DNA of 64,000 nt, taken from contig OZ024755.1 in the NCBI GenBank assembly GCA_964016885.1, forward strand, positions 6,510,001-6,574,000. Reading direction: 5' to 3'. Source of the DNA: Eledone cirrhosa. Taxonomy: Eukaryota. A program made the translations under genes and the position numbers. Shown here in pieces: positions 12,945-25,527 of the stretch. The first letter of the stretch is position 1, and each line of letters starts with the position of its first letter. The notes under the pieces are model-generated. The model did not search any database, had not been told where the DNA came from, and was given only the letters and a program-made list of their open reading frames with translations.

Positions 12945-13256
12945 AAGATACACATACATGTTCACACAAACATACACACAAGAACACTAATAGAGATTCA
13001 CATAAACAGACACACAGACATATACAAAAAGCTCTCATTATCTCTCGTATTTTTTGTTGCTTCTTCGCTCTCTCTCTATATTTCTCTCTCTCACACATAC
13101 ACACGATTTCACTCTTTCTTTCTCTCTCTCTCTTCCTCCCTCTCTATTTTTTCACTCTTTCTTTTTCCCTCTTTCTTTTACATTCTCTTTATCTCATTTT
13201 TCACACGCCACTTTACATAATGAAGTAAATCCTGATTTCCCTCTATATTTGTTCCC

Positions 13257-13320
<64 letters not shown>

Positions 13321-14628
13321 CGCACACACGCACACACGCACACACGCACACACGCACACACACACACACGCGAGAGAGAAAAAAAATGGAAAATTAATAC
13401 AGAAATGAAACTAAAGTTGTCATCGTTAATTTTCAGGAAAAAAAATTGTAATAAATTCACATGATCATACCATACAGAAGATGGCCTTTTTATTTTGTTT
13501 ATTTGTTAATATTTTCATGTTGATTTTTTTTTTCTTTGCTTGCTTGGCTCATATAATACAAAGTTTGGTTTAGTCATAATTATATTTTAAAATAATTTAT
13601 ACGCTGTAGTGGTGTATTGCAGCATATGGTGTATCGGTGTGAAGATACGTTGTGAATTCGTTCCCCAATGGAGTCGTCTGATTTTCAGCAAGACTTTTTT
13701 TCACAATTATTTCTAGATGAATAAGCTGTAAAAAGGAACATGCCTTCAATACTAAATGTATTACTTGAATGTGTAAACTTTACATTATTGTATTTCATGT
13801 GTTAACTCACATAGTTGGCTTTTAATACCTTCCTTAAACATTTCCAACCTGGACGTTACACTAATTTCACTAGCGTTAACATTAGAAGACAGACAGAAAA
13901 TTTGCTTTCTGGATCAATATATGACATATAGTAATGGTAGATATCTTGTTCCATGGCAGTTAAATGAGAGATATATTAAAATTTTTGATAAAATGAATCA
14001 TAAAATCTCTCTTCTTAAGCCAATATTAACATATAAGTATCTTCATTGCGCACGGTTAGATTATTGATCAAGATATTTTTTTCTTCTTATATATTTTCCA
14101 TATTGACAGATTCTTTACTGTAAGAAGTCAATCAATTGCTTTCAGCAGCAAAAAAAAAGAAGAGAAACTTCACGACAAATGGCCATGGTTATACCATTTA
14201 CTACTGAAAAACACTTAAAGAGAAACATTAAATGCTTTTCAAGCAAGGCTATGTAGATGAAGACATTGAAATTATGCCAAATTAAGAAGAGTTCTATGAT
14301 ATAAATCTCTGACAAATGAAGTCTTAAAATATTTGATTCTAGAACAAGGAATAAAGTGTTAAATTTATGACACTATATATTCTTTTATTATTGTCGCCTT
14401 TTAGAGGTTTCACTCATTAAACTACGACCATGCTGGGGCAGGCACTTAAAGGGATTCGGTCGTCGATACTACTGACTCAAATACTAATGTCTGGTATCGA
14501 TCTTTTTTTCATTGAACCATTAAGTTGCAGAACATAAACACATAACCCTACATACATACATATATAAATATATATATCAAAGTAAACCCTATCATATCGC
14601 TTATCCGTGTTAATCATCCTTTTACCTG

Positions 14629-14667
<39 letters not shown>

Positions 14668-14670
<3 letters not shown>

Positions 14671-14866
14671 TTAGAGAATTGGATTCACAATCTTCACGTT
14701 GTGAGTTCGATTCCTGGACCAAGCCATGCGTTATGTCCTTGAGCAAGACATTTTATTTCACGTTGCTCCTTTCACCTGGAGTTGCGACCGATAGATAGTA
14801 TTAGCAACTGGAAAGACCGACGAAAACATTGTTTCCTCGGTCCGATTTGACGAAAGTCGACCAATC

Positions 14867-14868
<2 letters not shown>
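14668..14868 (+). mobile_element. tRNA-derived SINE, family B
   Basis: GAGTTCGATTCC B-box, TGTCCTTGAGCAAGACATTTTATTTCACGTTGCTCC core; 3' part nearly identical to 41271-41487. Confidence 0.85.
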
Positions 14869-14909
<41 letters not shown>

Positions 14910-14963
14910 ACATATACACTCATCCACTCCACCTATATATGTGTGTATAACACTATATATTTT

Positions 14964-15076
14964 GTTTGATTGTCGTCTGAGGAGAAGATCGTTAGTGGAG
15001 TCGAGTCTGTAACCTCTATGAGTGGAACTGAGCCAATTCTCTCCGAAACGTGCGTAATATATCGATACACAATAAA
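14964..15076 (+). ncRNA. Degenerate type I hammerhead motif with long stem II, between (TA)n tracts
   Basis: CTGAGGA (14977-14983), ~60 nt, GAA-ACGTGCGT-A (15045-15056); weak stem I; AATAAA at ~15071. Confidence 0.5.
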
Positions 15077-15113
15077 CAACTAAATACATGCAAAAGAAAC
15101 TTAATCGTTTTTC

Positions 15114-15168
<55 letters not shown>

Positions 15169-16070
15169 GAGGGGCTTCTGCAAGTTCCATCGACTATATG
15201 TACGTTGCCAGGCATTGGTGAAACGAAACCTACACTATAAGACACACACGTTGCCGTGCAGTGCAGGTTGTGAACTCAGAACCTTGTGGTTTCAGAATAA
15301 ACTTATTAACCACAGAGCCATTCCTACGCCTACATATATGAGAATATAATTGAAATTGGTAGCTTACGTTGAGACCATCTTGATATCTACAATATAATAG
15401 GAAATTGTAACGTGCTGCACGAACGCTTCTTCCTTTATACATTAGGAAACATTCGGTTCAACATTGAAAAGAAAATGAGATTCTTATCGGATAAATTGAT
15501 CGATATCCCTATATAATCCAAGTGTGGGGATTCTACCAGCCAATCTGTAAAACCTATATCGATGTTTCTCATCAAAGAATGTATTGAAGACAAACAGTGA
15601 ATACAAAGAAACAGCATGTTTGATGGATTTACACGCAATATTACTAGATTATGTGTTGGGATTGTGAAGACACGTTGAACAACGGTTACAGTATTCAGCT
15701 CGATATAGTAAGGCCATGTGTTCGATTCCTGAACACTATTTCTCCTGGCTCCACTCCACTCAGGTTTAACAAAATAAGTTTTACTTCAAGGTTAAAGCGT
15801 AATCCTTGTCTCACATACTGTCACGCTGAATCTTCCTGAGAACTGCCTTAATTTTACACATATCTGTAGAATTATCAGCACCATGCAAGTATTTTCACGA
15901 GTACTCTGTTTTTTAGTCGAAAAACTGTATCACTGAAAGTCAAAAGTGACAGATGGTACAACACATGTATTGTGATTTTAGATGGTGGATGAAAAGATGC
16001 AATACGCCTATATGGATACATATCAACATATTAAAGCGATACCAGTTCATATATACATACATTATAAGTA

Positions 16071-16127
<57 letters not shown>

Positions 16128-16329
16128 TTTGACAATCGCTACCGTCGAATTCAAGAAAATTCTCTAGGAAAGTTAACCAGGAATCTTTAAAAACCTCCCC
16201 ACCGAAGTTAAGAAAGAACTTAATAGACCTACAAAACGAAATTGTAAAATTATAATATTATAAAATTAAATTAAATTGTTTAGAAGCAAAATAGAAGTCA
16301 TTCTTTTCCTTTTTTTTTAATAATATATA

Positions 16330-16365
<36 letters not shown>

Positions 16366-16385
16366 TGTGTGTATATATATATATA

Positions 16386-16590
16386 TTTGTTTTGCGAGGT
16401 TTTTGATATGAAATCGTGTGTCGAAACATATATTGTTATACTTGGGGAGGCTCATATTGTTGTAATAATATTGCCAGAATTAATAACTGAACACACTCTC
16501 TGTTTGGTTGGTTTTCGCTTCTGTATCTTTTATATCAGTTATATATCTATATGCTTCACAGTTGGTCAGTCAATGGTAATACTTCATCAA
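16386..16590 (+). mobile_element. Second copy of the 1471-1905 element family
   Basis: TTTTGCGAGGTTTTTGATATGAAATCGTGTGTCGAAACATATATTGTTATACTTGGGGAGG... matches the reverse complement of ~1730-1887. Confidence 0.8.
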
Positions 16591-17054
16591 GGATATAGCC
16601 CATGGTCATAATAACCGAAAAACGTCTTTTAATAACTATTATTTAAAGTTTTCGGACAAGAACTAATAAATCGAAGCATATATAAATAAAGTAGACACTA
16701 CTCGTTTCTCCAGATATGTATAACATAACATTAATCTCAAGTACCGTGAATTACATACATTTTCTAGGTGAAAATCACATTTTTGTTTCATCGTCGTTTC
16801 CTGCATAGTAATCAATATCTTCTATGGTCAGTTATTAACCAAACTTACAAGTTTTGTTTCTTTTCTGAGCTAGCGTTACTGTGATATAGCCAAAGGACAA
16901 AATATTTAAGTAATAATTTCTAACTAAAGATTAGTTAGAAGGTGATACGCCAGAAAATATTTCTCTAAGTGATATTGAAGTACGGTATAAACACTGCATA
17001 TGTGTAATCATATTCAAATTACTATTGGAATATACAAATTAAACGAAAGAGCCT

Positions 17055-18235
<1,181 letters not shown>

Positions 18236-18930
18236 TAATGAGTTGGCATTATTTGAAATTTGAAATATAGTTGGTCCAACACAAATTACCGTAATAATGA
18301 TTGCTCACTTAAATTAATAATTAACAAAATCTATAAACGTTATTCATTATGCTAATAAGTACCTCGCCAATAATTAAAAGATTAGATGATTCTATGTCTG
18401 CACCTGGAGGGGTAAACGACCGGTTAGCTTAAGGAGCATTGTTAAAATCTAAGAGAGGTCATCCTCTTTAAAAGCTAGCATCAGTGTAAACTCTGCTACA
18501 TACACCCAAGTACTAGGGAGTGGAGTTCAACCAAACGTCGAATTGTGTCTATGAGCTATGAACTGGTTCGAACCAGTAATAAAGCCGATTCTGGCTAAAC
18601 ACTCTGGTTAAAAGGTAAGTTTAAACCGGGTGACTCATCTTCCATCGTTTCTTTAATAATTAACATGAACTAAAATAGCAATGTTTGAAATGAACTTCTT
18701 AATCACACAGCCTAGAGTTGTGCCTATTGTTTATCTCCAATTATTATTTATACACAAGAAAAATTGTTGCTGAACTTCAATATTCATAATAAATAACTAT
18801 TCTACTTTTATATTTGACCATCTGACATTTGTTTAAAATATTTTGTTCGTAAATATCAAAGGAAATCAACAAATTATTTAATAGATATTTGCTTGTAATA
18901 TATATATATTTATATATATATATATATATT

Positions 18931-19025
<95 letters not shown>

Positions 19026-19542
19026 AGTTTTTATATATATATTTAGTTTTTCTTTACGTTTATCTCTTACTAAAAATGAATAATAAACAATTTTGAATAT
19101 TCTGAAAAAATATTACGGCTGAAGCTTTCGTTTTCAACATAGTAAACATTCTTTGATAAAGAAGTTAAATATATTGATTCTAATGTTTCCCAATACTTGT
19201 AGAATGCAATGAATAATAAAAACAACAAAAGTGAAAAAAGCTATAATTTCTAACTTAGAATCAAAGCTAAACTGTTTTGTATTTCATTTAACTCGGTTGG
19301 TTGTAAAGCTTATATAAAGAGCCATAACTAAACGCCACAAGAGATTATATCTACCCTCAACACCATTCATGTCAATCACTGTAAATATCACAGATATTTA
19401 AACTCTGATGTAAAAATACTACATCTAATAAACCAACAGAAACATAATAATAATTCTTCTTCTTCTTCATCTTCATCTTCATCATCATCTTCTTCATCTT
19501 CATCTTCTTCCTCTAAGTCTTCTTATTATTATTATTATTATT

Positions 19543-19573
<31 letters not shown>

Positions 19574-19577
<4 letters not shown>

Positions 19578-19750
19578 TCGGTAGAGGGTCGGACGCCATG
19601 CTTTGACGCATAGAGTTACAGCCCTTGCCATTCTGAGTTCAAATCCCGCCGAGGTTAACTTTGCCTTTCATCCTTATGGGGTCGATAAAATAAAGTACCA
19701 GTAATACACTGGGTGATTGCTGGCATTGTGCCAAAAGTAGAAACAATTAT
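19574..19750 (+). mobile_element. tRNA-derived SINE, family A (5'-trimmed)
   Basis: AGTATCGGTAGAGGGTCGG...GAGTTCAAATCCCGCCGAGG...AGAAACAATTAT. Confidence 0.9.
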
Positions 19751-19769
19751 TTTTATTATTATTCTGCCA

Positions 19770-19922
19770 CTTATTCATGAGAAGGTCGTAGGGGCAGAGT
19801 CCTCAAACACTCTGTCCAGCGCATCAGTCTCCAACTGATCCGGCTGGATCCTCAAGAGTGACCAGCCAAGCTCATGGATGTTATCCAACCATCTTGCTCG
19901 GGGTCTACCCCTGAGTCACCTA
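19770..19922 (-). mobile_element. RTE (Rex3/Expander-like) LINE 3' fragment
   Basis: Minus translation GRPRARWLDNIHELGWSLLRIQPDQLE resembles the Expander-type C-terminus GRPRTRW.D.I..L.W..L.I.P.EL. Confidence 0.65.
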
Positions 19923-20150
19923 CCTACACAAATTACGGGCAAAACCAACAAACATAATTATCACTTTTGATTTAGGCATAAGTCCAACAGTTTATACTCT
20001 CTACCAGTTCTTTATTTTATCGACCCCGGAAGAATGACAGGCAAAGTTGACCTCGTCAGGATTTGATCTCAGAACCTAAAGAACCAGAACGAATGGAGCT
20101 AAACATTTATCCAACAATGATAACTCTGTCAATTGATAACCCTAACAGTG

Positions 20151-20340
20151 ATAACTGTTTCTACTTTTGGCAAAAGGCCAGCAATTATCTCAGTGCATTA
20201 CTGGTACTTTATTTTATCAACCCCGTAAGGATGAAAAGCAAAGTTAACATCGGCGAGATTTTAACTGAGACCGTGAATGGCCGTAACTCTATGCTGTAAA
20301 GCATGGCGTCCGACCTTTTACCGATACTGCCAATCCACCT
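20151..20340 (-). mobile_element. tRNA-derived SINE, family A; an older copy lies at ~19955-20080
   Basis: Same head, core and tail as the other family A copies. Confidence 0.88.
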
Positions 20341-20395
20341 CCCTAACATTAATAATAATAATGATTTTTATTGGCCACTCGGGCCTAAATACAGA

Positions 20396-20580
20396 GGACA
20401 GTTCAAATGAATATTTTATTCAACATATTCCCCTCTCAGATTGACACACCTATTGAAAGGGTCATTCAGCTTTTCGAAACCCTGTAAAAAGAACTCGCAG
20501 GTTTTGGCCTCTCCAACAAGGCCTCTGTAACCTCTGAAGCCCGGGAACCTTTCAGCACCTTCTCACCACCTCATATCCTC

Positions 20581-20583
<3 letters not shown>
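20396..20583 (-). mobile_element. Mariner-derived non-autonomous element, one end missing
   Basis: Minus strand encodes a mariner-like C-terminus (...CVNLRGEYVE*). Ends in a TIR-like GGAACCTTTCAGCACC...CCTCG followed by TA. Confidence 0.7.
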
Positions 20584-20623
<40 letters not shown>

Positions 20624-20635
20624 TATATATATGAA

Positions 20636-20868
20636 TAAATGTAGTCCTTCATCAGTGATCTTCCAGCCTTCATTGGTATTTCATCGCTTTCAAGACCATA
20701 TACCACCGGTTGGTGCGAGCAGCCGCTAAAGAAAGTCGTTGGGACACGTAAATAGGGGGAACGAGCGAGACAGTAAACAAACAAATATGGTAATGCAACG
20801 AAAAGTGAGAAAGAAGGAGTCAAGTCCTTGAAATCGATGAACATAAGTTCTGTGAAATCGTGGACGAG
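20636..20868 (-). mobile_element. Unclassified insertion between two (TA)n tracts, ending in a truncated hammerhead-like core
   Basis: Minus strand ends ...CACTGATGAAGGACTACATTTATTC then (TA)n, with no GAAA half. Confidence 0.35.
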
Positions 20869-20903
<35 letters not shown>

Positions 20904-20944
20904 TATACATACATATATATATATATACATACATATATATATAT

Positions 20945-21023
<79 letters not shown>

Positions 21024-21561
21024 TTTGTATATATGTATGTGTGTGTGCATGTATTCAAATTTAAAACTTTTAAATATTGATATCTTATATAAAGGGTCAG
21101 AGATATTATTGCATGCGATGGATTTTATGAGCAATATACACGTAATATTCCGTTGTGTTCTTCGTTTTTCTTATTGTTTTTTCACCTCCTTTTATTAACA
21201 CAGGGATGACAATCTCACTGTCACGTAAATTACTCTCTTGTGTAATAAAATATCGGCAGAAGAAGGGAACATGAAAAAATCAATCAAAGCAGATTTGCAA
21301 AATATGAAATTGTGTTGTTTGTAATACTTTATGGGGCATTAAACTGCAGTAGTGTAAAAATTGAATATTTTTATGTTCGTGTGAGGGAGACTCTGACTGT
21401 TGTTCCGGAATTATTTATGGGAGAATATAATTTTTTTTTTTATAATTTTATTCATTAATAATTTAAATCAAGTGAAGCAAAAATAACTGGCATGTTTTTA
21501 AATTTTATTTTAGTTTAGCTTCTAGCATATTGTCAACGGATTCCGTACCAATCAAATACAA

Positions 21562-21609
<48 letters not shown>

Positions 21610-21765
21610 CACAAGTATATAGAAGCAAATATAGAAATACACATATATATATATGTATATATATAATGCGCGTGTGTGTCTGTGTACGTACATAGATACA
21701 AACATGTTCATATATGGATTCCTTTAATAGATTGTGAATTCATACACACACACACACACACACAT

Positions 21766-21801
<36 letters not shown>

Positions 21802-21802
21802 A

Positions 21803-21928
21803 AGAGTACCTCTCTGATATGTATGTATAATTATGTATATATCTTTGTATGTATGTAATATATATATTACATACATACAAACATATATACATAACCATTA
21901 TTTTACATACATATCAGAGGGATACTCT
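21803..21928. repeat. ~125-bp fold-back palindrome centred on a short (TA) run
   Basis: CTCTGATATGTATGTA...TTTGTATGTATGTAATA pairs with TATTACATACATACAAA...TACATACATATCAGAG. Confidence 0.8.
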
Positions 21929-22179
21929 AGCACATTAATGCCACTGGGGCTTAGCACTATTAATTAACAATATTCAATAAGCGTACTATTTAAAGTATTA
22001 TATTCTATAGAATAATTTAAGCATCTTAAAACAATCTAATCTGAGTAGGATTGAAGAAATATACGTGTGTTTCCTCTGACAAGATTCTTTCAATTTATCA
22101 GAAGCATATTTTACATCTAAACTTGCAACCTTTGGCTTTAGGTATTGGCCACTCGTCCGAGCGATTTGTTATACCTATT

Positions 22180-22372
22180 ATAATTGTTTCTACTTTTGGC
22201 TCAAGGCCAGAAATTATCGCAGTGTATTACTGGTACTTTTTTATTTTATCGACCCCGTAAAGATGAACAGAAAAGTTAACCTCGGCGGGATTTGAACTCA
22301 GACCATAAAGAGCCGTAACTCTTTGCTGCAAAGCATAGCGTCCGACCCTCCACCGATACTGCAAATCCACCG
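22180..22372 (-). mobile_element. tRNA-derived SINE, family A
   Basis: Family A head, core and tail. Confidence 0.88.
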
Positions 22373-24139
22373 TTAATTATCTCTTATTTAATTGAAACAG
22401 CAGACAAATTATTCTCAATGGTTGAATATATTGGATACCTTATAGGTCCTATGAAGCATGTCTACAATTTATGTCACCACCTTCGTAATTTGTTTTATTA
22501 CAACATTTTAAATGAGGCGTAATTTCTGTGTTTTTCAGAGATATATTTGCAAAGTTTTATGTTATGATGCTGATCAAATTTTTAAAATATCAATGAAACG
22601 TAAACTCAGATATTTTTTCATCATGTCCCTTAAATTCCTTTTGTTGTAGAATATTATCAATTTAGGATAATCCCAGAGATGTGCTATAGGTTTATATTGT
22701 CATTTCAGCATCTTGAAATTGTCGACAAAAGCAAGAATAATTTTTCCTCAGCCTTATCGTAATCGATAATGTATCGCTGAAAAGTATGTATTATTAAGGA
22801 AATTGTTAAGAAACAAAGTTTGGTGAGAGACTCTTAACATTTGGTATGTCTACTCTAGTTTATTTACATGTACCAAGCTTAACTACGTCGAACTATAGCT
22901 ATGATTATTTAGCTAAGATTAAAAGTTGCTTTCTTTCTATTTCTAAATGTTACTTGCTTGTAATTTCATATGCAGTGTTATTACAAACTAGCCAACTTAT
23001 TTCTTGTCAGCCAGACATTCAGACAGTTCTAGATTGTGAACCTACTTTCTTTTAAGAGGAGTATCTCTCAGAGTAGATAGCGGCAATATTATGTGGTGGG
23101 TGGGATTTCAGAAGCGATCTTATATTCTAAGCTATATACTTTTGTTTTCTGTTTGAAAGTCGAAGTGAGGCGTAAAATTAAGAAGTTTATTAAATACATC
23201 TTAGAATATTCTCCGGTTATGTGTTGCTTTCTCTCTGCTTCCTAATACAACACCAAATAACCTAGAGGCTACACATTTCTTTCTTTAATTGTATGACTTT
23301 AACTGTAAATTTCGCACTATAAGCAATAAGACTCTCTTCATATCCATGCTTTTATTATAATAGTGTAAATGTTTTTGTTTTTCTCTCAATAATTTCATAC
23401 GCCAGTAAAGTAATGTGCACGTTTTAAACTGTAATCTTTTATATTAGATAATCACTTTTAGATAATAGAATGTATAACCACCACCCTCGGCAACTTCAAA
23501 TGAATTAACAAGTGACATTGAATATATACAGTACACATAAGTTATTTCATAGCCGCAAGCAATGCAATATGTACACGAATCTTTGTTGTCTCGAGGCAGT
23601 ATAAAGATTTGTTTTAGTGTTCATGTATTTATTTATTTATGCCCTCGAGTATAATTCTATTCTCAAATTGTGTCCTTGACATTTTTCCATTTAATTCATC
23701 CCCGTACTAAAATAACATCAACTCTATTTCCACTATTATTGATGAGAGGGTCCACTGGTTTGTGTATATAGGGAGCAGACACTCGAGTTCTTTTTCTCCT
23801 GGTGTATAGAGGACAATCACAAACATGAAATGATGACAAAGAAAATTATATTCAGCTTTATCAAGATGAAATAATATTCAATAATAAAATATAATCCTGA
23901 AAGGATTAAGGAATTTATGATAAGATTAAGGAATTTTATGCAGAAATCGGAGGGAAATTCACGTTTATATTTCTAGAAGCATACGAGGGCGGTGGCTTGG
24001 CAGAATCGCCAAGTACTTGGAAAGATTTAATAGAGTTTCTTCTCTTCCCAGTTAGTGTTGTGCCTAGATTAGAAACTATGATTATATGCAAGTTCGGTCC
24101 TAGGAGACAATAAAGAAATAAAGAAATCGTTATTAAACG

Positions 24140-24560
24140 CAAATATTCCAGAACTAACGGGAGTCTTTGAAGACATAATAACAACGGCAGCTGACAGAGT
24201 CCGTTCTAAAAGGATGAAAGATAAGAATCTTTGGATAAATAAAGATGTTTTAATCAGTTGTGATGAAAGAAGAAATCTGAAACAGAAATGATATGAAAAT
24301 GAAACAGCAGAAATGGAATATCGATTGGTCAATAGGAAAGGAAACAGGAAATTAGGGCAGCGAAATATATATGGAATATCAAAAGGTGTGAAGAAAGTAA
24401 TCATTGAGTAAATAACTAAAAAATATCATACCAAATAGTTAAAGATCTAATCAAAGACGGTCTGCCTAATGCCATCTTATTGAATATGAATATTGTAAAC
24501 TACTATACGAAACATAAAGTAAATATAAGATGGAAGAGTATCTTGCTAAAATGATAGAGG
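24140..24560 (+). pseudogene. Decayed RTE LINE ORF fragment (endonuclease-RT linker region)
   Basis: ELTGVFEDIITTAADRV...NLWINKDVLISCDERRNLKQK*...EYRLVNRK, then EYC..LY; resembles the RTE linker; stops and frameshifts present. Confidence 0.55.
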
Positions 24561-25044
24561 AAAAAGTTGTGTTTTAAAGCAAAATTCTTTATTTTTTGTT
24601 GCTCTTTCTGCAAGGAGGGGTTGTGACTCTGCTGATAGAAAAACTAATAGAAACATTATTTTCTTAGTTCGAACTGAGGAAAGTCCTATAATACAATTTT
24701 ATCAATTAATTTATTGTATACACTACACAAACAGAGATACAATCTTATTTATCGATATCATACGATGTTGATTATAAAGTTCGTTAATGTATAGATTATG
24801 ATCAGGTATACATTAGAAATAATGTCAAATGGAGGATTAATCCTGATTAAATCTTCGTCAGCGAGGTAACTGATATGCAACGAAATAATTGGTATCCATT
24901 AAGACATACAGGTAATAGCAACAGGAAAAGTCAGTCAATGTATGTAATGCTCTAAAGTAGCGATTCTCAAAGTGGGCGCTATTATCACCGGAGACTGGGC
25001 TCTTATTGATGCAAGAATATAACTTTAAAATCTATATTCAGAAT

Positions 25045-25206
25045 ATGGACGCAGTATAACCGAATGGAGTTTGCTTCGTAATCACTATATCCCAGGTTCG
25101 ATTCCAGTACATGTTACTTTGGTCTAGTGTCATTTACAAAGGCTGAGATCAACCCACGCATTGTAAATGAACCTGGGTAGACAGAAGCTGTTTGTAATCC
25201 CGTTAT
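25045..25206 (+). mobile_element. Degenerate tRNA-derived SINE, family C
   Basis: GGTTCGATTCC B-box, CTTTGGTCTAGTGTC (decayed CTTGGGCAAGTGTC), ending GGTAGACAGAAGCTG...CCCGTTATA. Confidence 0.6.
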
Positions 25207-25305
25207 ATAGACTGAACTTGTCTTTCAAATCATCAGTCTTTTCAGACACGTTACATTTAACTGGGTGATGTCTAAAAACATCTGACTGATAAAATGACAA
25301 GTCAG

Positions 25306-25527
25306 TCAATCATATTGGTGGCCTCCCCACAACCCCGGCGGAGAGAATGGAGAAGCGGTTCCCCGGAGGACAGCAAGGGAGACGCGTTGGAAAAGCCATT
25401 CCAGCTCGCGAGGCTCACACCTGCGGCTGGCCAGCTCAGCGCCTATGGTGGTGAGTAGGGAGGTAGCCCTAGGGCCGAGGACACCAGAAGTCTCCACTGC
25501 CAAGGATACAACCGCAAATCTGTCGGT
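25306..25527 (-). pseudogene. C-terminal restriction-like endonuclease region of a CRE-clade non-LTR retrotransposon
   Basis: GC-rich island encoding SLAVETSGVLGPRATSLLTTIGAELASRRCEPRELEWLFQRVSLAVLRG, matching the CRE-type P.AVET.G..G..A......G..L......P.....L.QR.S.A..RGN motif. Confidence 0.75.

Noticed and set aside
22600-22860. Possible hAT dimerisation-domain remnant on the minus strand
   Set aside because: Only vague resemblance across frameshifts; needs tBLASTn/HMM support.
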